A stretch of 64,000 nt of DNA from an uncultured Bacillales bacterium. GTDB lineage: Bacteria > Bacillota_I > Bacilli_A > RF39 > UBA660. Location of the stretch: contig CAMKGA010000005.1 of the NCBI GenBank assembly GCA_946412015.1, forward strand, positions 2,265 to 66,264. The letters are read 5' to 3'. The translations under genes were made by a program, and so were the position numbers. Positions 43,334 through 51,204 of the stretch are shown piece by piece (position 1 is the first letter of the stretch; each line of letters starts with the position of its first letter). The notes under the pieces are model-generated. The model worked only from the letters and a program-made list of their open reading frames with translations. It did no database searches and had not been told where the DNA came from.

Positions 43334-44842
43334 TTACTCTTTATCCCTTTTGTTAGCTTTATCTCTTATCATATCAGCTACAATATTTCCACCTGTTAAC
43401 TTATCAATTGTCTTATTGTTAACTATAGATTTTACTATATTATTATTAACACTAGTTCCTTCTACTCTTCTGTTATTAGCCCCATTCATATAAGAATTTC
43501 TAAGACGTTTCATTTCTTTTATATATGTATCTACTTGTCTTAAATTAGATATTTCCTTTTTAGTTTCAGATTCATATGTATGTCTAGCATTAGAATTACG
43601 ATATCTAAAATACATTATAAGAAAATATATTACACCTGCAAATAAAAATGCCCATTTATAATCAAATTTTACAAATATCATAGCAATTATACCAGCAAGT
43701 TCTACAAATGACGATACGATTATTAGTTTAGGCATATGTATTGGTACACTACCCATAGTCTCTTTTGTTCTTGCATTAACAGCTACATAATGAAGTAATT
43801 TCTTATTACCTTTTACCTCTTGATAACTATATAACCAAACAGGTAAATATGCAGCTTTCCATTGTTGTCCCTTAATTTTAAATTCTTCCTTATCCCATCT
43901 AACACCACGATCATACTGTTCCATTGTATCATTTGCAGCAAATCTAGCAATATCTTTAGATTGAGTATCTACAAGTTCTTTTATATCACTAATTGATGTA
44001 TCTCTTTTTTCTGATGTAAAACCGTGCAAATAATTAGCATTATATTTAACTACATTTTCAACATCGAAAGGCATAATAGAATTAATTATGTTATTTGTTT
44101 TTTCCTTTGATGCATTATTTAGTCTATCAGAACTAGATTCTACTGATAACCCTGAAATTGCTACATCAAATTCTCTTTCAACATGATATAATTCTGCATC
44201 ATATACTTTTTGTCTATCTTCATCAAAGCCAATATAATATGATTTTGTTTCATGTTCTCCTTCACCAGAAAAATTAGCATGAGCATTTATATCAACAAGC
44301 ATATATGGAAAATATACTCCCATAATATTTTCTGTTGTAAATTCTCTTCTAAATTTAGGGTGAGCAAAAAACTTCCTTTTTCCAACAAATTTTTCTATAG
44401 ATGCTCGTGCTTCTTCTTTTTTTACACTAAATGGAAGTACAACATCTGGAACTGCTCCATTAGGTATTTGTTCATTTAATGATAACATATTCCTACACCA
44501 GTGACATCTAGCTTGAGTTGATGATGAAGTATCTATTACAACCTCAGCACCACAACTACTGCATTTTAATGTAACTGTATCACTAGCGCTTGCATTATAA
44601 TTATTTGCTCCAGATGAAATAACTTGTCCTTCCAACTTACTAATATCTGTTTCCATTCCTGATATTTTTTCAGGTTCAAACTCATGACGACAGAAATTAC
44701 ATCTAAGTTTACCAGTGTTTTGATTTAATGATATATCAGTTGCGCCACACTTTGGACATTTATCTTGCCCATTTTTAGAATCGTTTGAAGTTTCTATAAT
44801 TCTTATATCTTCACTAACATTATTCTCTTGATTAGTTTCCAT
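43334..44842 (-). CDS. double zinc-ribbon membrane protein (YdjG/YdjH-like partner of the SPFH protein)
   Basis: 502 aa. It has two CxxC...CxxC ribbons (CPKCGA..CNFCRH and CSSCGA..CHWCRN) and C-terminal TM helices. Its start lies 1 nt after the SPFH gene stop. Confidence 0.6.
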   Translation of the reverse strand: METNQENNVSEDIRIIETSNDSKNGQDKCPKCGATDISLNQNTGKLRCNFCRHEFEPEKISGMETDISKLEGQVISSGANNYNASASDTVTLKCSSCGAEVVIDTSSSTQARCHWCRNMLSLNEQIPNGAVPDVVLPFSVKKEEARASIEKFVGKRKFFAHPKFRREFTTENIMGVYFPYMLVDINAHANFSGEGEHETKSYYIGFDEDRQKVYDAELYHVEREFDVAISGLSVESSSDRLNNASKEKTNNIINSIMPFDVENVVKYNANYLHGFTSEKRDTSISDIKELVDTQSKDIARFAANDTMEQYDRGVRWDKEEFKIKGQQWKAAYLPVWLYSYQEVKGNKKLLHYVAVNARTKETMGSVPIHMPKLIIVSSFVELAGIIAMIFVKFDYKWAFLFAGVIYFLIMYFRYRNSNARHTYESETKKEISNLRQVDTYIKEMKRLRNSYMNGANNRRVEGTSVNNNIVKSIVNNKTIDKLTGGNIVADMIRDKANKRDKE

Positions 44843-44843
44843 A

Positions 44844-46034
44844 CTATAATCCTAATAGTTGTGCTTTTACTTTGTCATAATCTTCTTGAGTAATAGCACC
44901 AGCATCAAGAAGTTTTTTCATTTCCATTAACTTAGCAGTTGGATCTTGTGCTTGAGGTTCATTATTTGTTCCTCCAAAATTAGGTTGATATGTACCATTA
45001 GTATTAGGTTGTTGCATAGCACCCATCATATTACCGGCAGCATTCATGCCCATTCCCATAAACGCCATACCAGCTCCTCCACCATTTTCTCCTGCACCTT
45101 GTAATCCACGAGCAGCTGCTTGTTGAAAGAATGCATTTCCACGAGCACCAGATAGAGCATCTGCTTTTTTTACATCCTTCATTAATTCTTTAGTATCATC
45201 ATCGTATTCGATTGCAAGAATAGCAGTTTTAACAATTTCTAATCCTCTATCACTTTTCCATTTATAACCATCTTCAACAGCTTGTGATAAGCTTTGAGCA
45301 AATCCTATTTGATCACCTTGAATTTTAGACATTCTATTTCCTTTAGATGGATCATTTGTATAATTCGAAAATGCTGCTGATAAGCTTCCAACTACTTCAT
45401 TAAATAATTGACTTGCTGCATCATTATCCATATCAGCAAAATCAAATACATCTGCATTTGGTTGTAAATATTTTGCTGGAACAAAATTCTTTACAAATAA
45501 AATTGGATCTGTAATTTTTAATGTATATGTACCACGAGTAACAGCTCCTACTTGTGTTCCAAAGAATGCATCATCCCAATATATTTCTGATTGTGTACCA
45601 AATCTATTATTAGGTATTTCTTTTAAATTTACATAAAATGCAAGTTGTTGTGATGTAGCTTGTCCACCAAATTTAAATTTATCCCAACTAGATTTAATAG
45701 TTGATGCAATAATTCCATCACCTGCAAAGAATGATCTAGAATTAGGATCATCTGATCTAAATTCAAACCCTCCTGGTTCTGAAATAAATCCTGTAATCGC
45801 ACCATCTTGAATAGTAATTAATGCAGTTCCTTCTGGTACTACTATTTTACTACCATTAGTAATTACATTTTCACTACCTTTAGTGTTTGAACCACGCCCA
45901 TTATTTGTTCCTTTAGGTACTGCTTGAAAAATTGCAGCAGTTGCTGGAACATCTTCTCTAGGCATATAGAAATCTTTCCATTGATCTGCAAAAGTTCCTC
46001 CTAGAGCTCCTGTAAATGCTTTAATAAATCCCAT
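44844..46034 (-). CDS. SPFH/virion-core-like protein (YdjI-like) with C-terminal SHOCT domain
   Basis: It starts MGFIKAFTGALGG after GGGAGGA. It has a Gly/Met-rich linker and then LMEMKKLLDAGAITQEDYDKVKAQLLGL, a SHOCT pattern. Confidence 0.65.
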   Translation of the reverse strand: MGFIKAFTGALGGTFADQWKDFYMPREDVPATAAIFQAVPKGTNNGRGSNTKGSENVITNGSKIVVPEGTALITIQDGAITGFISEPGGFEFRSDDPNSRSFFAGDGIIASTIKSSWDKFKFGGQATSQQLAFYVNLKEIPNNRFGTQSEIYWDDAFFGTQVGAVTRGTYTLKITDPILFVKNFVPAKYLQPNADVFDFADMDNDAASQLFNEVVGSLSAAFSNYTNDPSKGNRMSKIQGDQIGFAQSLSQAVEDGYKWKSDRGLEIVKTAILAIEYDDDTKELMKDVKKADALSGARGNAFFQQAAARGLQGAGENGGGAGMAFMGMGMNAAGNMMGAMQQPNTNGTYQPNFGGTNNEPQAQDPTAKLMEMKKLLDAGAITQEDYDKVKAQLLGL

Positions 46035-46249
46035 AAAAAATCCTCCCTTTAATTTATTAAACATAATAATTACATTATTATACAAATTAATTATATCATA
46101 TAAAATTATTTATTCCAATAAATTATATGTTTATTTTTACTAAAAAACACATCGTTGATATGTATATATTAAATTTAAATTATATCTTAAAAGCATACAT
46201 AATTATAAAACATTTTTATGATAAAAATAAATATTTTTTTCATTTAAAA

Positions 46250-47698
46250 CTAGTAATGTGTTTTTATTTTTATATTATCAAATTCATTTACAAACTGATT
46301 AAATTCTTTAAATGTAAGCCCATCAGGTATAGAATCAATTTCAGTTATTTTTCTAATATCTCCTTTTTCTTTATAGCTACTTGTAATATCCTTAATTGCA
46401 GTATCCAATGATATATATCTATGTATTCCTTTTTTTAGAATATTAGAATGTTCAAAATGATACCAACTATTATCATAATAAAACAATACAAAGCAATGCA
46501 TTCTAACATCGCTATCAAAATTTTCTTCTGTTTCATATCTTCTATAACAATATAATTTATTTTTAATACCCATTCTATCAAAAAAACATTTAATCATTTT
46601 AGCCTGCTCAATACAAGTACCTAATCCGCTTTTTAATATTTCATCAAGCGAACTAATCCTATAATTCTCTCTAAATCCAGTAAGATTATTAAAATGTCTC
46701 AAACCATTTGTATCAATCCAACCATATTTTATATTGATGTCCATAAAGTCCATTAATTCTTTTGGGGTATTAATACTATTAAAACTCATCTCATCTTTTA
46801 AAGCAACTATTTTAGAATCGAGAACTATATCATTTTTTAATTCATTTAAATCAGGATGTTTTATTAAATGTTTTAGATTATAAACCATATCATAGATTGC
46901 AAGTCGTTGACTTAAATATGGAATACTAACTAATTCTTTATAATATTTTTCTATATATAAAATAATATTTGCATAATCACTAGAGTCAATATATTTTTCA
47001 GTACTTTCACTAGCATATTTCCAAGGTTTTCTAATCATTCTATATAATATATCTAATTCATAATCTCTAGGTGCATACATTGATCTTTCAAAATCTATTA
47101 ATTTAATTTTACCATCATTATAAAATATATTATCAAAGTGTAAATCATTATGAATTAAAACAAAATCTTGTGAATCTAAATATTTATTAAATTTAGAATA
47201 TGCATAATCAATAATTTTTTTCTCTTCTTCATTAAAAATATTAAGTTCATTTGCTTGATCATACAACATTATAAACTTATCTTTAATAAATTTATTCCAG
47301 TCATATTTTTTTCCAATGTTACTGTGAATTTTTTTAATAGCACTACATAACATTTTTATAATTTCTTCTCTTTTATCTTCATTAAAAGTATGCCAAGCAT
47401 TATATAGTGATACCCCATCTATCTTCTCAATTATTTCATAAAAGTATGGAATATCTTTTTTCTCAGTATTTGAATAATACATTTTAGGAATTAATGGATT
47501 ATCTTGATTTTGTTTATAAAACTCTATTTCTTTTGAAAAGCTTTCTTCATTATTAGTATTAGTACATACTTTAACAATAAATGAATCATTAATACTATAT
47601 ATAGTATTAGTAAATCCTACATTAATCTTTTCAACTTTATTAATGCTTCCAAATATAGAATAATTGTTCTTTAATATTAAATCTATAATATTACTCAT
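46250..47698 (-). CDS. APH-like phosphotransferase fused to a transglutaminase-like Cys-protease domain
   Basis: HNDLHFDNIF and LIDFE are kinase catalytic-loop and DFG-equivalent motifs. The C-terminal GLGTCIEQAKMI...RMHCFVLFYYDNSWYHFEHS is Cys/His transglutaminase-core-like. The ATG at 47698 follows AAGAGGAG. Confidence 0.6.
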   Translation of the reverse strand: MSNIIDLILKNNYSIFGSINKVEKINVGFTNTIYSINDSFIVKVCTNTNNEESFSKEIEFYKQNQDNPLIPKMYYSNTEKKDIPYFYEIIEKIDGVSLYNAWHTFNEDKREEIIKMLCSAIKKIHSNIGKKYDWNKFIKDKFIMLYDQANELNIFNEEEKKIIDYAYSKFNKYLDSQDFVLIHNDLHFDNIFYNDGKIKLIDFERSMYAPRDYELDILYRMIRKPWKYASESTEKYIDSSDYANIILYIEKYYKELVSIPYLSQRLAIYDMVYNLKHLIKHPDLNELKNDIVLDSKIVALKDEMSFNSINTPKELMDFMDINIKYGWIDTNGLRHFNNLTGFRENYRISSLDEILKSGLGTCIEQAKMIKCFFDRMGIKNKLYCYRRYETEENFDSDVRMHCFVLFYYDNSWYHFEHSNILKKGIHRYISLDTAIKDITSSYKEKGDIRKITEIDSIPDGLTFKEFNQFVNEFDNIKIKTHY

Positions 47699-47712
47699 AC
47701 TATTCACTCCTC

Positions 47713-48696
47713 TTATAAGTGCTTATTTTCTGGTGTAATAGCACTTGTTTCTGCTAATTTACTGTTTTTTAATACATAATACATTTTAATTTCTTCAAGT
47801 CTTTCTTTAGAAACATCAGAGTATTCTATTTCTACTTTCTCTATCGAAGAGTTAACAACATCATTTGCATTCTTTTTTTTATGCCTAACTGCATAACTTA
47901 CAGCCTCCGCTTGATAGTATTTTTGTCTTTCTATAGGTTTTAAAGTACCGATAACATCTCTCTCATCTAAAGAAAAAATAGTTTGTTCATTTATTTGTGG
48001 ATATCTATCCATTATATAATTGCAAATATCTACATACGAAATATATTGTGGAGCAATTTGATGATATAGACCATGTCTTTGACAAAAATCTATAGAGAAT
48101 TTTTCTACAAAGCCCTCATTCAACATAAATCCAACCATACCTCTTGAAGTTATAACTTCACCATTAGACATATTAATTACCATTCTTTCATTTGCAACTT
48201 CTTCAGGCATTAACATTTGAATTATTATATGAAACAATTCGTGTGGTAAAGTTCCATTAGCAGCTAACATTTGAGTATAAATATCAGGATTTGGATTTTT
48301 CTCTGTTTTGCCAATTCTTGCTAAGTTGACAATTACCTTTCCATTTTTTGGATCTGCACTAAAATCATGATCATCATTTGCATCATTGATTACTACAACT
48401 CCACCTGATGGAATCATGCTATTTAATTTTTTTAATCTATCACTTGGAATTAATTCCGAATAATTGCTATTAATTAACTTTATTATTGTAGTCATATATT
48501 CAGTTAATTCCTGTCTAATCAATTCTTCATCAGGTAGCCGGATATTAGCATATTTTTCTCTAAGTCTTGCAACTTCAACTTTCTGAGAATTAGCCATTTG
48601 CTCGAGTTCTTCTTTAGAATACCTATTTTTAATTCTTTCAACAGACTCTTTTGTAGTAAATCTTGTTTCAAATAAAATTTGACTGAAATCATCCAT
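47713..48696 (-). CDS. hypothetical protein with HExxH motif
   Basis: 327 aa. LPHELFHIIIQ is a possible zinc-metallopeptidase motif. It lies 14 nt upstream of the kinase fusion gene. Confidence 0.45.
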   Translation of the reverse strand: MDDFSQILFETRFTTKESVERIKNRYSKEELEQMANSQKVEVARLREKYANIRLPDEELIRQELTEYMTTIIKLINSNYSELIPSDRLKKLNSMIPSGGVVVINDANDDHDFSADPKNGKVIVNLARIGKTEKNPNPDIYTQMLAANGTLPHELFHIIIQMLMPEEVANERMVINMSNGEVITSRGMVGFMLNEGFVEKFSIDFCQRHGLYHQIAPQYISYVDICNYIMDRYPQINEQTIFSLDERDVIGTLKPIERQKYYQAEAVSYAVRHKKKNANDVVNSSIEKVEIEYSDVSKERLEEIKMYYVLKNSKLAETSAITPENKHL

Positions 48697-48942
48697 GCTA
48701 TCACTTCCTATAATAATTATACCATGCTTTCTATACTTTTTTACGTAGTGTTACAATTGATGTAAAACAATACCAGTTAGACCAAAATTATCTTTATTCA
48801 TAACTATAACATACATATTTACGATATTATATCTTTTTAATCTATTTACTTGTTTAATATAAAATAATATACTATAATTTACATAGGGAAACTTAATTGT
48901 TGAGTGCTTGCCAACTTCTATAAAGGAAGGAGGCTGATAGTT

Positions 48943-49029
48943 ATGCATAAGAAAGATTTTTTAATCTTTGCTTTAATCATTATTATCTTCTTACTAATTG
49001 GCCTGCTTTTTACATTAGTAATACATTAG
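48943..49029 (+). CDS. 28-aa hydrophobic peptide (MHKKDFLIFALIIIIFLLIGLLFTLVIH), type I toxin-like
   Basis: A strong SD (AAGGAGG) lies 9 nt upstream. A promoter TTGTTT-17-TATAAT lies at 48850-48878. The peptide has a single predicted TM helix, and the flanking UTRs can pair. Confidence 0.4.
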   Translation: MHKKDFLIFALIIIIFLLIGLLFTLVIH

Positions 49030-49200
49030 TAAAATAGTACCTATATAAGAAAAACAGCACTCAATCTCATAGATTAAGTGCTTAACCATTTAATGGGTAA
49101 GTACTCAACTCTGCAAAGTTAAGTCTTCCCTTTTTTATTTTATGCAAGTTTCTCTGACAAATACATATTATCATATTTTTATGACATTGTCAAAACAACC

Positions 49201-49599
49201 TTATTTTTTATTCATATCAATTTTTATTTCTTCAATAATATGACCAATATTGCCCTCACCAGCATATTTATTCATATCAAAGAAATTATCATCTATAGGT
49301 ACCCATTCAAGTTTATTTACTTCTTCAATTAAAGTAACATCTTTATTTAATACTCCATAGTAAACTTCTAATTCTTTATTCCATTTTATATATGAAAGAT
49401 TCATAAAGTAAATTAAATCAACATCTGACTTTTGAATATTTGTTTCTTCAGATAATTCTCTATATGCTTCATTTAATCCATCATTCTCTTTTTCAATTTT
49501 ACCACCAACAAGATTATACATTCCCATATATGGTTCTTTAGTTCTTTTACACATTAAAGTCTTATCTAAATTTTTATCAAAAATCACAATAACATTCAT
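49201..49599 (-). CDS. Nudix hydrolase
   Basis: 132 aa. It has the Nudix box GGKIEKENDGLNEAYRELSEETNI. Confidence 0.8.
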   Translation of the reverse strand: MNVIVIFDKNLDKTLMCKRTKEPYMGMYNLVGGKIEKENDGLNEAYRELSEETNIQKSDVDLIYFMNLSYIKWNKELEVYYGVLNKDVTLIEEVNKLEWVPIDDNFFDMNKYAGEGNIGHIIEEIKIDMNKK

Positions 49600-49636
49600 T
49601 TTTTTTATAATTATACTCCTATATTTACTAATAAAA

Positions 49637-49713
49637 TGGCGTCCTCGATTGGAATCGAACCAACGACCTATCGCTTAGGAGGCGATTGCTCTATCCTGCT
49701 GAGCTACGAGGAC
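49637..49713 (-). tRNA. tRNA-Arg (CCT)
   Basis: A 77-nt cloverleaf was folded by hand. The acceptor stem is GTCCTCG/CGAGGAC, the anticodon stem is ATCGC/GCGAT with loop CTCCTAA, the T-loop is TTCGATT and CCA is encoded. Confidence 0.85.
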
Positions 49714-49876
49714 ACAAGAAAATTATATCACATAAAAGCGAGAAAATAAATATTCTCGCTTATTTTATCAGAAAAGTTACTCTATTCTACTGAGCTAATT
49801 TTTAAAAAAACATAACTCATAAAATAAATCATTTTTTAAAGTTATATCATTAATTTTAACTTTTTCTAATCTAGAT

Positions 49877-50554
49877 TTAAATGCTATTTCTATTTTGTCC
49901 TAATGTTTTTACCATATATAACAAATCTTCTTTTTTTACTTCATCCTTTACATAAGGATTAACATATTCTTGCATAAATTTATTATGATATTCTTCAATA
50001 AGAGATTTTTCATTATCTGTAATATTCTCATAACTAAAATCTTTTCTAAATATAGAACATATTCTTTCTTGATCATCATCACTTAAACAATCTAAACTAT
50101 TTTCAAACATATATAAATAGCTTCCTTGAGCTATACTATTTAATGTTTTTTTTGGATTATTTATTTTAGAAATTCTAATATCATTTTTATCTAAAATAGC
50201 TAATGCAAGAATTAATTTCATAAAATTATTCACATTTTCATGGTAATTCTGCTTAAATTCTTCATAATTCATACCTAATTCATTTATATAATTTGCAAGT
50301 TCTTCCGTACTTAAATTAGATAAATCTTTAAGTGATTCATATCCAGCATGAGATAAATCTTTAACTAAAGGTACAAATCTAGATAAATATTTTACATATT
50401 CATTGTTTGCTTGTTCATTAGTAATCTTATCCTTTTTTTCTTTTCTGTATACAAAATATATCTTAGCCATTATCTTTAATAGTCCTTTTTGATCTTTTTT
50501 TGTTAATTTTAATATAACATCATATTTATTATTAGTCTTTTTCCTTCTTGCCAT
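49877..50554 (-). CDS. hypothetical protein
   Basis: 225-aa ORF with an RBS (GGGGGAAAAG). It is followed by the hairpin AGCGAGAA..TTCTCGCT plus a T-run. No motif is recognised. Confidence 0.5.
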   Translation of the reverse strand: MARRKKTNNKYDVILKLTKKDQKGLLKIMAKIYFVYRKEKKDKITNEQANNEYVKYLSRFVPLVKDLSHAGYESLKDLSNLSTEELANYINELGMNYEEFKQNYHENVNNFMKLILALAILDKNDIRISKINNPKKTLNSIAQGSYLYMFENSLDCLSDDDQERICSIFRKDFSYENITDNEKSLIEEYHNKFMQEYVNPYVKDEVKKEDLLYMVKTLGQNRNSI

Positions 50555-50591
50555 ATTCTTTTCCCCCTAAAAAATTGTAGCATTAATACTT

Positions 50592-51101
50592 TTACTTTAT
50601 AGCATTAAATAATAATATTAATCCTAAGTTTGCAGCATACTTTAATTTTTTTGATGCCTTTTTATAGAATTCATATGTTGCAACTACTTTATCTACACCG
50701 CTAACAACCCAGCTTTCAAAATACTTAGGTATTTTTATATCAATTGGAAACATATGTGATATTATAATATCCTCTTCAAGAGCATTAATATCAAAATATT
50801 TCTTAGCATTTTCTAAAGCTTCTTTTGGATGATTATGTGTATATAATTTAAATTTTTCTTTAAATTTATCATGATCCACAGTTCTACCAAAGTAAAAATC
50901 GTGTAATAAACCTGCACGTGCAACTTCTTTATATTTTAATTTTAATTTTTTTGCAATAACATAAGAATAGTAAGAAACCTTAATTAAATGATTCATTCTA
51001 TTAGAATTATGATGCTCTATATAAGCCATTTTCTTAAATTCTTCATTATCCATTATATCTTTAACTATCATCGAATATTCTCGATCTAGATTTCTTTTCA
51101 A
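50592..51101 (-). CDS. HD-domain phosphohydrolase
   Basis: 169 aa. It has the H...HD pattern (IEHHNSNRMNHL...GLLHDFY). A TTG start follows GAGGTG. Confidence 0.65.
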   Translation of the reverse strand: MKRNLDREYSMIVKDIMDNEEFKKMAYIEHHNSNRMNHLIKVSYYSYVIAKKLKLKYKEVARAGLLHDFYFGRTVDHDKFKEKFKLYTHNHPKEALENAKKYFDINALEEDIIISHMFPIDIKIPKYFESWVVSGVDKVVATYEFYKKASKKLKYAANLGLILLFNAIK

Positions 51102-51204
51102 AATATCACCTCAAAGTTATATAAAACTTCTGACTAACTAATTATATCATATTTTTATAAAAATTAAAAATTAACACTACAATATTATATGCAGCATTAA
51201 TTTT

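Noticed and set aside
46127-46411. 94-aa plus-strand ORF, together with similar plus-strand ORFs: 2330-2557, 5718-6026, 7744-7953, 8746-8940, 9366-9662, 9829-10017, 11276-11521, 20732-20983, 21818-22060, 25758-26291, 28109-28647, 32045-32316, 33248-33523, 36998-37255, 39582-40114, 42817-43014, 44252-44479 and 60662-60931
   Set aside because: All are antisense to, or overlap, strongly supported minus-strand genes. They are rich in F/L/I/S/C from AT-rich reverse frames and lack RBSs.
48751-48948. 65-aa minus-strand ORF in the 48.7-49.2 kb gap
   Set aside because: It has no RBS. It overlaps the plus-strand promoter, 5' UTR and start of the better-supported 28-aa peptide gene, and its composition looks like random AT-rich translation.
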